Source: an uncultured delta proteobacterium (lineage in GTDB: Bacteria > Myxococcota > Myxococcia > Myxococcales > Myxococcaceae). Taken from it: 64,000 bases of DNA. Shown piece by piece: positions 32,619 to 43,570 of this stretch. The stretch spans positions 2,848,001-2,912,000 of the forward strand of contig CAWCKH010000004.1 in assembly GCA_963796055.1 (NCBI GenBank). Reading direction: 5' to 3'. Both the position numbers and the translations under genes were made by a program. The notes under the pieces are model-generated. The model was not told where the DNA came from and ran no database searches. It saw only the letters and a list, made by a program, of their open reading frames with translations. Numbering within the stretch: position 1 is the stretch's first letter; the number at the start of each line of letters is the position of its first letter.

Positions 32619-33239
32619 ATGGCCAAAGCGAACGACGGGACCCGTAGTCGCTCCGCGGCAGTGTCCAAGGGACCGGGGTCCCGGGAGGGACTCTCCACCG
32701 CACTCCACCGGCCGGACCTGGTCGGCCCGCGCATAGAGCTCGACACGCAGGACGACGGCCCGGAGCACCGCGCCTTTCCCCGCGCCAAGCTCGCCGTGCC
32801 CTTCGTGCTGTGGATCGGCGAAGGCGACTCCCGGCGCTTCTCGGCCACCCTGCTCTCGACGAACGTCAGCGTGAGCGGGGCCTTCCTCAGGAGCAGCTTC
32901 TTCCTCCCGGTGGGAACCGAGATGCTGGTCCGCTTCCAGGTGGAGCCAACCGGGCCCGCGGTCGAGGCCCGGGTGGACGTCCTGCGCCAGGAGACGGAAG
33001 CAGACCGCACCGGCCGGACCGGGATGGGCCTCCGCTTCCTGGAGTTCTTCCGCCAGACCGAGGTCACCCTGGCCCGGCTCTTCCTCGGCGAGCAGCTGCG
33101 GAAGTTCGCCGAGGGCTACCTCTCCTCCGCGCGGGCGCGCTCGCTCAGCTCGGAGCTGGACCGGGTGGTGGACGCGCTCGCTGCCTGGGAGCTGCTGAAG
33201 GTCACCTCGCCCAACGACCCCTGGCGGTTTGCCAAGTAG
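32619..33239 (+). CDS. PilZ domain protein
   Basis: RAFPR (RxxxR) and NVSVSG ([D/N]xSxxG) c-di-GMP-binding motifs, GMGLRF. Confidence 0.8.
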   Translation: MAKANDGTRSRSAAVSKGPGSREGLSTALHRPDLVGPRIELDTQDDGPEHRAFPRAKLAVPFVLWIGEGDSRRFSATLLSTNVSVSGAFLRSSFFLPVGTEMLVRFQVEPTGPAVEARVDVLRQETEADRTGRTGMGLRFLEFFRQTEVTLARLFLGEQLRKFAEGYLSSARARSLSSELDRVVDALAAWELLKVTSPNDPWRFAK

Positions 33240-33257
33240 CGGGCGCGCCGCCCCGGG

Positions 33258-33587
33258 TCAGACGTGCTTCTTGAAGCTCTCCTCGAGCTTGCTCTTGGGG
33301 ACCGCGCCGAGAATCTGGTCCACGACCTTCCCGCCCTTGAAGACCAGCAGCATGGGGATGCTGCGGACGCCGTAGTTCTGGGCCGTCTCCTGGTTCTCGT
33401 CCACGTTGAGCTTGGCGACCTTCATCTTCCCCTTGTAGCGGGTGGCCAGCTCGTCCAGCGCCGGGGCGATCGCCTTGCACGGCCCGCACCACGGAGCCCA
33501 GAAGTCCACCAGCACCGGCTCCTGCGACTCGAGGACCGTGACCTTGAACTCAGCATCAGAGACGTTGAACGTATCTACCCCAGCCAT
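33258..33587 (-). CDS. trxA: Thioredoxin
   Basis: VLVDFWAPWCGPCK, YGVRSIP; AGGAGG RBS. Confidence 0.98.
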   Translation of the reverse strand: MAGVDTFNVSDAEFKVTVLESQEPVLVDFWAPWCGPCKAIAPALDELATRYKGKMKVAKLNVDENQETAQNYGVRSIPMLLVFKGGKVVDQILGAVPKSKLEESFKKHV

Positions 33588-33702
33588 TTATCCTCCTAAT
33601 ACACCCGCCGAGGACTCTCCATCGCACTGCGGGCTGACAGGCCTGGATGTACAACGGACCTCCCCGGCGCGCACGCCTCGGTTTGCTAAGGTGCCGACAC
33701 GC

Positions 33703-34048
33703 GTGAAGCTTTTTCTTCCGCAGACCACCCTCGAGGAGTGGGCCAGCAGCGAGCGGGCCGATGTCCGCGAGGATGCGCTGGTCCTCACCGGGGAATCCGT
33801 GAGGTACCCGGTGGAACCGGCGGTCCACGTCCGGGCTCTGGTGTCGGGTCCGGACGAGCACCACCTGCTCCGCAAGGTGAAGACGGATGCGCAGCTGACG
33901 GAGCTCGGGGCCGAGCGCCTGGCGGATTCCGTCGTCGCCGGGGAGAGCGCATACGATGTGGAGAGCGGCTATGTGGTGCAGGTGCCCGACGCCTCCGCTC
34001 CCACCGAGACCGCCCTTCTCGCCGACTACCTCCTGAACAAGACTCTGA
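33703..34048 (+). CDS. Hypothetical protein upstream of ccsA (apparent +1 indel at 3' end)
   Basis: GTG KLFLPQTTLEEW...LLADYLLNK. As sequenced it reads on to 34164 over ccsA; removing one A at ~34042 gives ...LNKL-TGA ending at 34048, just before the ccsA ATG. Confidence 0.6.
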
Positions 34049-34049
34049 C

Positions 34050-34847
34050 ATGGTCCGCACCTGCTTCACGCTCGCCTTCCACGCCTACGCCCTGGGCGCC
34101 CTGGCCTACCTGGCGGTCCTGGCGCAGGGCTGGAAGGGGCTGGCCTGGGTGGCGCGAGGGCTGACCCTTTTCGGGTGGGTGCTGCACGGCATCGGGCTGG
34201 TGATGCTGCTGTCCACGCAACGATGGCTGCCGAGCGGGTTCGGTCAGACGGTGAGCCTGCTCGCGTTCCTGCTCGTCGCGGTCTTCCTGGTGGTGGACCT
34301 GCGGGCACGCGCGGCGCTCCTCGGGGCCTTCCTCTCGCCGGCTGCGGTGGCGGTGCTCGTCCCTTCGCTGTGGATGCGCGCCCCGGGCCCCGAGCTGACC
34401 GAGGGCCTGCGCCAGCCGCTCCTTCCTGTCCACATCGCCGTCGCCCTGGCCGGACTGGCGGTGTTCGGCGTGGCCACCGCCGTGGCCGGGGTGTACCTCG
34501 CCGCCGAGCGGATGCTGAAGGGCAAGCGCTTCGGCCCCTTCTTCAAGCGCGTGCCGTCGCTCGAGCTGCTGGACGATCTCAACCGGCGGCTCGTCGCCTG
34601 GGGCTTCATCGCCCTGTCGCTCACGCTCCTCACCGGCGCCTGGGTTCAGGCCCGGCTGCGGCCCGAGGAGCGCTGGAGCCCTGCCGAGCTGGCGGTGGTG
34701 GTGGCCTGGCTCGCCTTCGGGGTGCTGCTCCAGGCCCGCATCTTCGCCGGCTGGCGTGGGCGGCGGGTGGCCCTCCTCACCATGGCCGGCTTCGCGGTGC
34801 TGGTGGTCTCGTTCGTCACCCGCTACGGCCCGTGGGTGAGTCGATGA
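34050..34847 (+). CDS. ccsA: Cytochrome c assembly (CcsA/HemX-like) membrane protein
   Basis: Eight-TM pattern, LLPVHI, PSLELLDDLN, LLTGA, GWRGRR; lies upstream of hemA. Confidence 0.8.
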   Translation: MVRTCFTLAFHAYALGALAYLAVLAQGWKGLAWVARGLTLFGWVLHGIGLVMLLSTQRWLPSGFGQTVSLLAFLLVAVFLVVDLRARAALLGAFLSPAAVAVLVPSLWMRAPGPELTEGLRQPLLPVHIAVALAGLAVFGVATAVAGVYLAAERMLKGKRFGPFFKRVPSLELLDDLNRRLVAWGFIALSLTLLTGAWVQARLRPEERWSPAELAVVVAWLAFGVLLQARIFAGWRGRRVALLTMAGFAVLVVSFVTRYGPWVSR

Positions 34848-36118
34848 GCCCACCCCTGGTCTGCGTGGGGCTCTCGCACCACACCGCTCCGGTGGACGTG
34901 CGGGAGCGGCTGGCCCTTCCCGACGAACGGCAGACCGAGCTCCTCCAGGCGATGGCCCAGGCCCCGGCCGAGGCGCTGCTGGTCTCCACCTGCAATCGGG
35001 TCGAGCTCTACGTCATCGGCCCGGGGGCGGACCTCCAGGACCGGACGCGGATTGCGCTGGCGAGCGTCGCCGGCCAGGACCTGGTCCCGTACCTCTATTC
35101 CCACCACGGCGAGGCGGCGGTGCTCCACCTCTTCCGGGTGGCGGCAAGCCTGGACTCGATGGTGCTCGGCGAGCCGCAGGTCCTCGGCCAGGTGAAGGAC
35201 GCCTTCGAGCAGGCGCAGCGGCTGGGCGCCGCGCGGGGCGAGCTGGCCCGCATCTGCGCCGCGGCCTTCGGGAGCGCCAAGCGGGTCCGCACCGAGACCG
35301 AGCTCGGCCGTGCCGCCACCTCCATGGCCTCGGCCGCGGTGGCGATGGCCCGGCACATCTTCGACGGGCTCGACGGCAAGACGGTGCTCCTGGTCGGGGC
35401 AGGGGAGATGGCCGAGCTGGCCGGTCGTCACCTGGTCTCGGCCGGAGCATCGAAGGTCATGGTCGCCAACCGCACCTTCGAGCACGCCGAGGCGCTGGCG
35501 GTGACGCTCCAGGGACAGGCGGTCCCGTTCGACCGGATGGAGGAGAGCCTGGTGCTGGCCGACGTCGTGGTCTGCTCCACCGCCTCGCCCACGCCGGTCA
35601 TCACCCGGGAGAAGGTCGCCCGGGTCCTGAAGCCGAGGAGACACCGGCCGCTGTTCCTGGTCGATCTCGCCGTGCCCCGTGACGTGGACCCCGACGTACA
35701 CACCCTGGACGGCGTCTACTCCTACGACGTCGACGACATCCAGCGGGTGATCGACGAGAACCAGGCGGCGCGCGTCGCCGCCGCGGCCAAGGCCGAGGTG
35801 CTGGTGGCCGAGGAGGTCGCCCGGTACATCCGCGAGCGCGCGGTGCGCGAGCAGGTCCCGGTGCTGGCCCAGCTGCGGGCACGGGCCGAGCAGATCCGCC
35901 GGGCCGAGCTCGAGCGCGCCATCGGAAACCTCCCGGTCCCGCTCAGCCCGGCACAGGAAAAGGTCATCGAGGCCATGACCTCGGCCATCATCAACAAGAT
36001 GCTCCACCAGCCGACGGCCAAGCTGCGCGCGGTTCAGGCGCGGGACAGCGAGCTGGTCGACGCCGCCGCCGAGCTGTTCGGGCTGGACGGCGTGGGCCGC
36101 AAGGCCGGTGAGGGCTGA
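34844..36118 (+). CDS. hemA: Glutamyl-tRNA reductase
   Basis: [49 protein letters not shown]. Confidence 0.98.
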   Translation: MSPPLVCVGLSHHTAPVDVRERLALPDERQTELLQAMAQAPAEALLVSTCNRVELYVIGPGADLQDRTRIALASVAGQDLVPYLYSHHGEAAVLHLFRVAASLDSMVLGEPQVLGQVKDAFEQAQRLGAARGELARICAAAFGSAKRVRTETELGRAATSMASAAVAMARHIFDGLDGKTVLLVGAGEMAELAGRHLVSAGASKVMVANRTFEHAEALAVTLQGQAVPFDRMEESLVLADVVVCSTASPTPVITREKVARVLKPRRHRPLFLVDLAVPRDVDPDVHTLDGVYSYDVDDIQRVIDENQAARVAAAAKAEVLVAEEVARYIRERAVREQVPVLAQLRARAEQIRRAELERAIGNLPVPLSPAQEKVIEAMTSAIINKMLHQPTAKLRAVQARDSELVDAAAELFGLDGVGRKAGEG

Positions 36119-36140
36119 GGAAGGGGCTCGCCACGGCGCC

Positions 36141-37074
36141 ATGCCCCCGCTCCGGATCGCCACCCGCAAGAGTCCCGCTCGCGCTCTGGCAGGCGCAGCA
36201 CGTGGCCGGACTTCTCCGGGCCTGCTCGCCCGACACCGAGGTGGTGCTGGTCGAGCTGTCCACGGAGGGCGACCGGATTCTGGAGGTCCCCCTGTCGCGG
36301 ATCGGCGGCAAGAGCCTGTTCGTCAAGGAGATCGAGGCCGCGCTGCTCGACGGCCGCGCCGACCTCGCGGTCCATAGCCTCAAGGATGTGACCAGCAGCT
36401 TCCCCCCGGGCCTGGTGCTGGCCGCGGTGCCGGAGCGCGAGGACCCGCGCGACGCGTGGGTGAGCCCGCGGGGCATCCGCTTCGCCGACCTTCCCCGGGG
36501 CGGGCGGGTCGGCACGTCCTCGCTCCGGCGGGCCTGTCAGCTCCGGTCGCTCCGGACGGACGTGGAGGTCGTGCCGCTGCGGGGCAACGTGGGGACGCGG
36601 CTGCGGAAGACCGAGGAGCTGGGGCTGGCCGGCTCCATTCTCGCGCTGGCGGGGCTCCGGCGCCTCGGGCTGGAGGACCGGGTGACCGAGCTGCTTCCGC
36701 CGGAGGTGATGCTGCCCGCGGTGGGGCAGGGGGCGCTGGCGCTGGAGTGCGCGGCGGACAGCGCTCACCGGGGGCTGGTGGAGTCGCTCGAGCACCGGCC
36801 GACGCGCCAGCCCATCGACGCCGAGCGGGCCTTCCTCGAGCTGCTCGAGGGCGGCTGTACCGTCCCGCTGGCCGCGCATGCCATCCTCCAGGGCGACCAG
36901 CTCTGGGTACGGGGGCTGGTCGGCGCGCCGGACGGGAGCGAGGTGGTGCGCGCCGAGCGGCGCGGTCCCGCACCGGCTGCCCGCGCGCTGGGCCAGGAGC
37001 TCGCCGAGGAGCTGCTCCGCCGTGGCGCCCGGGCGCTGCTCGAGGCGCACGCCGGAGCGCGCTCCGGTGGGTGA
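36141..37074 (+). CDS. hemC: Hydroxymethylbilane synthase (one apparent +1 frameshift)
   Basis: [12 protein letters not shown] joins [10 protein letters not shown]...[11 protein letters not shown]...AVHSLKD...GTSSLRR...LEGGC after removing one C from CCC at 36174-36176. Confidence 0.95.
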
Positions 37075-37837
37075 CGCTCGGCGGCTGGCCGGGATGCGCG
37101 TCCTGGTCCCCCGCCCGCGCGAGCGGGCCGAGCCGCTCTGCTTCCTGCTCGAGGACGAGGGAGCGGAGGTGCTGGCCCTGCCGCTGCTCGAGCTGGAGCC
37201 ACCCACCGACGCTCGCCCGCTGCGGGCCGCGGCGGAGCTGCTGCGCCGCTTCGCCTGGGTGGCCTTCGCCAGCGAGCGCGCGGTGACCGCGCTGGTGGAG
37301 GCGGCGCGGACGGCGGGGACGGTGGACGTGCTCCGGACGCGAAAGCTCGCTGCGGTCGGCCCGGCGACGGCGGCGGCGCTCAGCGTTCACGGGCTAGAGC
37401 CGGCGCTGGTGGCGACGGTGTCGACCGGGGAGGGGCTGGCCCAGGCGCTGCTGCCGCGGCTCCAGGCCGGGGAGGCGGTGTTGCTCCCGGCGGCGGAGCA
37501 GGGGCAGCGGGCGCTCGAGGAGGGGCTGGCGGCGGCGGGGGTGACGGTGGAGCGGGTGGCCGCGTACCGGGCGAGCCCGGCCGGCTCGGCGCCACAGGGC
37601 TGGGCGGAGGTGGTCGCGCGTCCGCCCCGGTGCGTGCTCTTCGGGTCTCCACGCACGGTGGAGGCGTTCCTCTCTCTCCCCGGGGCGGAGGCGCTGGTCC
37701 CGGTGGTGCGGGCGGTGGCGGTGGGGCCCACCACGGCCGCGGCGCTGCGGGCCCGAGGGTGGGAGCCGGCGGCGATTGCCACCGCGCCGAGGCCTCCGGA
37801 GTGGGTGGAAGCGGCGGTGCGGGCCGTCGAGGGGTAG
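37067..37837 (+). CDS. hemD: Uroporphyrinogen-III synthase
   Basis: [30 protein letters not shown]; start GTG 37067 or ATG 37094. Confidence 0.9.
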   Translation: MGDARRLAGMRVLVPRPRERAEPLCFLLEDEGAEVLALPLLELEPPTDARPLRAAAELLRRFAWVAFASERAVTALVEAARTAGTVDVLRTRKLAAVGPATAAALSVHGLEPALVATVSTGEGLAQALLPRLQAGEAVLLPAAEQGQRALEEGLAAAGVTVERVAAYRASPAGSAPQGWAEVVARPPRCVLFGSPRTVEAFLSLPGAEALVPVVRAVAVGPTTAAALRARGWEPAAIATAPRPPEWVEAAVRAVEG

Positions 37838-37853
37838 ACTCCCGGCTCGCCCC

Positions 37854-39671
37854 ATGACCCAGGCCGCCGTGGCGCGCACCAGCGCCGATTTCACGCTGAG
37901 CTTCGTCCTCAACGCGCTGGTCCAGGCCAGGCTGCTCACCCCCAGCCAGGCCCAGGACGTGCGCTCCAAGGAGCAGGCCGCACGCGCGCGCGTCTTGAAG
38001 TCGGTGGGCGCGGACAAGGACGAGGCCCGCTACACCGTCTCCCCCGTCGAGGTGGTGGCGGCGTTCCAGGTCCCGCTGGCCGGTGGACGGGCGCTGGACC
38101 AGGACAAGATCTCCGAGGCCGTCGCCGCAGCGGCCGGGGTGGGCTACAAGAAGATCGACCCGCTGAAGCTGGACATGGCGCTGGCGACACGGACGGTCTC
38201 CAAGCCGTACGCGCAGAAGCACGTGCTGCTACCGCTGGAGCGGACCGAGGCCGGCGCGCTGGTGGTGGCGGTCGCCAACCCCTTCGACCGCGAGCTGCTG
38301 GAGAACCTCCACCGTCTGGCGGGGATGCCTATCGAGCCGGTGCTCTCGGCGAAGGCGGACATCCTCAAGGCCATCGCCGACATCTATGGCTTCAAGCGGA
38401 CCCTGGCGCAGGCGGCGACGGACTTCGCCCAGCCGACGGGTCCGCAGATCCAGAACTTCGAGCAGCTGGTCTCGCTCTCCGGCAGCACGGAGCTGGACGC
38501 CTCGGACAAGCCCATCGTCCAGGCGGTGGACTACCTGCTCCGCTACGCCTACGACAACCGGGCCTCGGACATCCACATCGAGCCGAAGCGGGACAGCACC
38601 GTGGTGCGCCTGCGGATCGATGGCGTGCTGCACCCGGTCTACACCCTGCCCACCGGGGTCCACCCGCCGATCGTGAGCCGGGTGAAGATGCTCTCCCGCA
38701 TCGACATCTCGGAGAAGCGCCGGCCCCAGGACGGGCGGATCAAGACCGAGCGGGACGGCCGGGAGATCGAGCTCCGGGTATCGACCTTGCCCACGGCCTT
38801 CGGGGAGAAGGTGGTGATCCGCATCTTCGACCCCGAGACGCTGGTGCAGGACATCGCCCAGCTCGGGTTCGACGAGGACGAGAAGGGGCTCTTCGAGTCG
38901 TGGATCGACGAGCCGCACGGACTGATCCTGGTGACCGGCCCCACCGGCAGCGGGAAGACGACCACGCTCTACTCGGCGCTCAAGGCGCTGGCCGGTCCCG
39001 AGGTGAACGTCACCACCATCGAGGATCCCATCGAGATGGTGTGGGACGGCTTCAACCAGGTGCAGGTGCAGCCGAAGATCGAGCTCGACTTCGCCAACGC
39101 CCTCCGCCACATCCTCCGCCAGGATCCGGATGTGATCATGGTGGGCGAGATCCGGGACCCGGAGACGGCGGAGAACGCGATCCAGGCCGCGCTCACCGGT
39201 CACCTGGTGCTCTCCACCCTGCACACCAACGACGCGGTCGGGGCGGTGAGCCGGATGAAGGACCTGGGGGTGCCGCCGTTCCTCCTCTCCAGCTGTCTGC
39301 TGGGGGTGATGGCCCAGCGTCTGCTGCGCCGGGTGTGCAGCCGCTGCGCCCAGGAGCAGAACCTGACCCAGGACGAGCTTCTGGCCCTCGGCGCGCCGCT
39401 GCCGCTGCTCCCGGGCGGAGTGCAGATCCTCCAGGGCGCCGGCTGCGTGCACTGCCGGGGAACGGGCTTCTACGGCCGGACCGGCGTGTTCGAGATCATG
39501 CCGGTGACGCCGGAGATCCGGGAGGCCATCGCCCACGGCGCGAACACGCCAGAACTGGTCGCGCTCGCGCGCAAGGTGGGGATGCGGACCCTTCGAGAAG
39601 CCGCTGTCCGGAAGCTCGCCGCCGGCCAGACCGCCTTCGCCGAGGTGGTCCGGATGACGGCCAGCGCCTGA
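37854..39671 (+). CDS. GspE/PilB-family secretion/pilus assembly ATPase
   Basis: ASDIHIEP, RIDGVL, PQDGR, TGPTGSGKTTTLY, EDPIE, LRQDPDVIMVGEIRD, GHLVLSTLHTN, CxxC...CxxC. Confidence 0.95.
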   Translation: MTQAAVARTSADFTLSFVLNALVQARLLTPSQAQDVRSKEQAARARVLKSVGADKDEARYTVSPVEVVAAFQVPLAGGRALDQDKISEAVAAAAGVGYKKIDPLKLDMALATRTVSKPYAQKHVLLPLERTEAGALVVAVANPFDRELLENLHRLAGMPIEPVLSAKADILKAIADIYGFKRTLAQAATDFAQPTGPQIQNFEQLVSLSGSTELDASDKPIVQAVDYLLRYAYDNRASDIHIEPKRDSTVVRLRIDGVLHPVYTLPTGVHPPIVSRVKMLSRIDISEKRRPQDGRIKTERDGREIELRVSTLPTAFGEKVVIRIFDPETLVQDIAQLGFDEDEKGLFESWIDEPHGLILVTGPTGSGKTTTLYSALKALAGPEVNVTTIEDPIEMVWDGFNQVQVQPKIELDFANALRHILRQDPDVIMVGEIRDPETAENAIQAALTGHLVLSTLHTNDAVGAVSRMKDLGVPPFLLSSCLLGVMAQRLLRRVCSRCAQEQNLTQDELLALGAPLPLLPGGVQILQGAGCVHCRGTGFYGRTGVFEIMPVTPEIREAIAHGANTPELVALARKVGMRTLREAAVRKLAAGQTAFAEVVRMTASA

Positions 39672-39711
39672 CGGGCATGCGGGCATCCTGCCACCCTCCG
39701 GGCGTGGCAGC

Positions 39712-40518
39712 TCAGCGGAGCAATCCCGCTCGCACCGCGCGGTCCAGCACCTCGGCGAGCACGTCCACCGAGCCTCGGGTGTCGCTGCGCCGCACCTCGG
39801 CGCCCCCGGCCCGGGCCACCTGTGCCCCGCCGAGCACGAACGGCAGGGTGCGCCGGCCCAGCCGGAGCAGCCGGTCGTCGTGAAAGGCGCGGGGAGCGTG
39901 TCGCTTCAGCTCCTGCGCGATGGTCCCCATGTTGGCCGCCCGCGCCGGCTGGAGCAGCGGACCGAGCCCGGAGAACTCGAGCGCGTGCTCGGCGAGGAGG
40001 ACCCGCTCGCCGTCCTCGGCGTGGACCAGGACGAACTGCTCGGACGCATCCTGCCTGTCCTGCACGGTCGAGGTCGTCTTCCTGGTCATCACCAGGCCGC
40101 CGGTGAGGATCGCCCGGCCCGGCGCGAACTTCCGGGAGGTCTCGGTGTGCTCGGTGGTGGTCTGGCTCGCTCGGACTCCCCGCAGCACGAGCCGCACCGC
40201 GTCCCACCGGACGGTGAGCGTCGACCCGCTCCGTGCAGTGACCCGCATCCCCTCCGGCTGGAAGGCGAAGCTCCGTGCCTGGAACCGGTCCGCGTCGGTG
40301 GGAACGGCCTCCTCGATCGAAAGCGCGGCCAGCCCAGCGGCCTCGAGCGCCCGGACGAGCGACTCGGCGCGATCGGGCGGGAAGCGGGCGAGCAGGGCGG
40401 GCGGCTCGGGCGCGAGGCGCATCCTCGCCTCGGCAGCCGGCATGCCCGCGGCGGCCACCAGCGCCGAGACCGCCGCCTCGACGTCCCTCGGCTGCAGAAC
40501 GGTCGCCACCAGGTGCAC
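39712..40518 (-). CDS. Hypothetical protein
   Basis: Coding-like ORF from GTG at 40518; no recognised motif. Confidence 0.6.
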   Translation of the reverse strand: MHLVATVLQPRDVEAAVSALVAAAGMPAAEARMRLAPEPPALLARFPPDRAESLVRALEAAGLAALSIEEAVPTDADRFQARSFAFQPEGMRVTARSGSTLTVRWDAVRLVLRGVRASQTTTEHTETSRKFAPGRAILTGGLVMTRKTTSTVQDRQDASEQFVLVHAEDGERVLLAEHALEFSGLGPLLQPARAANMGTIAQELKRHAPRAFHDDRLLRLGRRTLPFVLGGAQVARAGGAEVRRSDTRGSVDVLAEVLDRAVRAGLLR

Positions 40519-40576
40519 ATCCGGACGGTAGCAAGGGCAGCGGCCGCGCCGCTCGCGTGGCATCCTCCGCAGGACA

Positions 40577-41274
40577 ATGGATGGTTCGCCCCCCGACGTG
40601 GTGACCGGCATCGAGGTGGTGGAGGACGTGACTGCGCGCTCGCGCTGCGACGAGGGATTCCTCCACCTGAAGCGGCTGGTGTGCCGGAACCGCCACGCCG
40701 ACGGCTCCGCCTCCCGCGACTACCGGGTGGACGTGGTGGACCGGCCCGTCCCGGACGCGGTGGCGGTGCTCATCTGGCGGCGGGCTCCCAGAGGGGTGGA
40801 GGTGCTGACCCGGAGGACGCTCCGGCCGGCGGCGCACTTCCGTGCCACCCTGAGGCTTCCGGTCCCGGATCCGCGCCTGTATCTGCTGCTGGAGGAGCTG
40901 GTGGCCGGCGTCCTCGAGCCCGAGGACCAGGGTGAGGCCGGCGTGCGCCGTCGCGCGGCGGAGGAAACGCTCGAGGAGGCGGGCTTCCGCGTCTCGCCGG
41001 ACGAGGTGACGTCTCTCGGGGGAGCTTCTTCCTCGCCCCCGGAATCCTCTCCGAGAAGATCCACCCCGCCGCCGTGGAGGTCACCGGTCGGGCGCAGGGA
41101 GAGCCCCACGGCGACGGCTCGCCGCTCGAGGAGGGCGCGACACTCCACTGGTGGCCCATCGAGACCCTCCTGGAGGCGTGCCGGAGCGGCGAGGTCGAGG
41201 ACGCGAAGACGGAGATCCTGGTTGCCCGCTTCCTCGCCCCGGGGGTGGTCACGACCCCCACCGGGGCGCGCTGA
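40577..41274 (+). CDS. NUDIX hydrolase (ADP-ribose pyrophosphatase-like; apparent -1 frameshift)
   Basis: Nudix-like box AGVLE...RRAAEETLEEAG. Adding one G to the G5 run at 41018-41022 continues SFFLAPGILSEKIH...GDGSPLEEG...EDAKTE to the stop at 41274. Confidence 0.8.
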
Positions 41275-41338
41275 CCCACCCCCCACTCCAGAATTCCCGG
41301 ACCTTGCGGCCGGCCCGGCCGGTGCAGTGGCAGGAGGC

Positions 41339-41536
41339 ATGGCCGATCCCGCCAGCCCCCGTCCCGTCCCGGTGCTCGACCTCGTCGGTGCCATCCGGCT
41401 CGACCCGGACTTGCGGATGGAGGACGTGCTCCGCGCGCTGGACAGCATGACGCCCGAGGAGCTGGAGGAGCTGGCCACGCTGCTCGACGAGCACGACGCG
41501 GCGGTTCGCCGGCGTGCCCGCGTCCTGGCGAGCTGA
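41339..41536 (+). CDS. Small acidic hypothetical protein (65 aa)
   Basis: AGGAGG immediately upstream of ATG 41339; MADPASPRPV...RARVLAS. Confidence 0.55.
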   Translation: MADPASPRPVPVLDLVGAIRLDPDLRMEDVLRALDSMTPEELEELATLLDEHDAAVRRRARVLAS

Positions 41537-41584
41537 GTCAGGGGTGTCGACGTACCCGGGTCCCCGGCGGTAGAGGGGCCGGGC

Positions 41585-42334
41585 ATGCAGTTCGCGCCCC
41601 AGCCGGAGTGGCAGAGCATCCTCGCCGACATCCTCGTGGCCGCGCAGGCGGTGGGTCCGGCCGGCGTCATCGTCTTCGACCTCGACTCGACCTTGCTGGA
41701 CAACCGCCCCCGTCAGGCGGCCATCGTGCGCGACTTCGCGCGCCTGCACGGCATCCCGGCCCTGGAGGGATTCCAGCCCGAGCACCTGGTCACTGGATTC
41801 GACACCCGGGAGGCGCTGGGCAGAGCCGGGCTGGATCCCGACTCCGTCGCCCGATGGCTGCCGGACCTCCGCAAGCACTGGGTGGAGCGCTTCTTCACCT
41901 CCGAGGCGTGCCTTCACGACATTCCCATCCGGGGGGCGGCCGGGTACGCCCGCCGCGCGCATGCCACGGGGGTCCAGCTGGTCTACCTGACGGCCCGCCC
42001 GGAGCGGATGCGACCCGGGACCGAGGAGGTCCTCCGGCGCTTCGGCTTCCCGCTCCCCGGTCCGGGGGTCCTGCTGTGGATGAAACCGGACGATCCCTCC
42101 GTGGGGGACGATGCCTTCAAGCGCTCCGCCCACGCGCGGCTGGGCTCGCTGGGGCGGCTGGTGGCCGCCTTCGACAACGAGCCGGGTCACGTGAACGACT
42201 TCCGGACGACCTTCCCCGAGGCGGAGGTGGTGCTGGTCGCGACCGGCCACTCGGGCCGTGTGTCAACGCTCGCCCCACGGGTGCGCGTGGTTCCGCACCT
42301 CGCGCTGGAGGGGGAGGCGCCAGAAAACCTGTGA
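41585..42334 (+). CDS. HAD-superfamily hydrolase/phosphatase
   Basis: VFDLDSTL (motif I), YLTAR (motif II), FDNEP (motif IV). Confidence 0.8.
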   Translation: MQFAPQPEWQSILADILVAAQAVGPAGVIVFDLDSTLLDNRPRQAAIVRDFARLHGIPALEGFQPEHLVTGFDTREALGRAGLDPDSVARWLPDLRKHWVERFFTSEACLHDIPIRGAAGYARRAHATGVQLVYLTARPERMRPGTEEVLRRFGFPLPGPGVLLWMKPDDPSVGDDAFKRSAHARLGSLGRLVAAFDNEPGHVNDFRTTFPEAEVVLVATGHSGRVSTLAPRVRVVPHLALEGEAPENL

Positions 42335-42407
42335 AGGGGGCGCCGCGACGCGGCATGGGGCGAACGCTTGGAAAATCGGGCCTCGAGTGGATATGCAGCG
42401 GCCCGGC

Positions 42408-43541
42408 ATGGCACCTCCGTACCCCAAGGACCTGATCCTCTCGATGTACCGGAAGATGTACCTGATCCGCCGGTTCGAGGAACGGGCAGCGCAGGCCTAC
42501 ACCCAGGGCAAGATCAACGGCTTCTGCCACCTCTACATCGGTCAGGAGGCGGTCGCGGTGGGCACCACCGAGGCGCTGCGTCCCGACGACTACCAGCTCG
42601 GCGCGTACCGCGATCACGGCTATCCGCTGACCCGCGGGGCCGAGCCGGGGATGATCATGGCCGAGCTGTTCGGCAAGGCCACCGGCTACTGCAAGGGCAA
42701 GGGCGGCTCGATGCACATCTTCGACGTCGAGCATTACGTGCTCGGCGGCTACGGCATCGTCGGCGGGCAGATTCCACTTGCGGCCGGGCTGGGGTTCGCC
42801 TCCCGCTACCGCAACGATGGCCGGGTCACGGTCTGCTACTTCGGTGAGGCCGCGGCGAACCAGGGCGCGTTCCACGAGACGCTGAACATGGCGGCCAAAT
42901 GGTCGCTGCCGGTCATCTTCCTCTGCGAGAACAACCGCTACGGGATGGGGACTGCCTTCGCCCGTGTCTCCCCGATGCCCGAGGTCTACAAGCGCGCCGC
43001 GGCCTACGGCATCCGCGGCGAGCCGGTGGACGGGATGGACGTCCTCAAGACTTACGAGGCCGTCAAGGACTGCGCCGCCCACGCCCGTGCCGGGAAGGGG
43101 CCGGTGCTGCTGGAGGCCAACACCTACCGCTACCGCGGCCACTCGATGTCGGACCCGGCGACTTACCGGACCAAGACCGAGCTGGAGGCGGAACGGAAGG
43201 GAGACCCCATCCCCAAGCTCCGGCAGTGGGCGGTGGAGAGCCTGAAGATCTCCGAGTCCGAGTTCGAGAAGATCGACGCCGAGGTGAAGGCCACTGTGGA
43301 CGCGGCGGTGAAGTTCGCCGAGCAGTCGCCGGAGCCGTCGCTGGACGAGCTCCACGAGGACATCTTCGTCGAGCCGAGCGAGCCGGACGTGAAGCCACGC
43401 GAGCGGGTGCTGGGGATGAAGGTCGAGTGGCCGCACCACCCCGGGCCGAAGGACTACCGGGTGACCTGGGACCTCGAGCCGCGCGAGCAGGCCGAGGTGG
43501 CGGAGCAGCAGGCCGGCCTGAAGCAGCCGGCCCGGGCCTGA
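42408..43541 (+). CDS. pdhA: Pyruvate dehydrogenase E1 alpha
   Basis: GFCHLYIGQEA, YRDHG, GKGGSMH, GEAAANQG..HETLN, TYRYRGHSMSDP. Confidence 0.97.
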   Translation: MAPPYPKDLILSMYRKMYLIRRFEERAAQAYTQGKINGFCHLYIGQEAVAVGTTEALRPDDYQLGAYRDHGYPLTRGAEPGMIMAELFGKATGYCKGKGGSMHIFDVEHYVLGGYGIVGGQIPLAAGLGFASRYRNDGRVTVCYFGEAAANQGAFHETLNMAAKWSLPVIFLCENNRYGMGTAFARVSPMPEVYKRAAAYGIRGEPVDGMDVLKTYEAVKDCAAHARAGKGPVLLEANTYRYRGHSMSDPATYRTKTELEAERKGDPIPKLRQWAVESLKISESEFEKIDAEVKATVDAAVKFAEQSPEPSLDELHEDIFVEPSEPDVKPRERVLGMKVEWPHHPGPKDYRVTWDLEPREQAEVAEQQAGLKQPARA

Positions 43542-43570
43542 GACAGCGAGCGACGAGGGACGATCGATCG

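Noticed and set aside
36141..37074. hemC as a true pseudogene or programmed frameshift
   Set aside because: One extra C in a short run, otherwise intact, in an intact operon; the same error type recurs elsewhere in the window.
37854..38000. MshEN c-di-GMP-binding motif at the ATPase N-terminus
   Set aside because: FVLNALVQARLLT only loosely resembles RLGxxLxxxGxI; the key RLG and Gly residues are missing.
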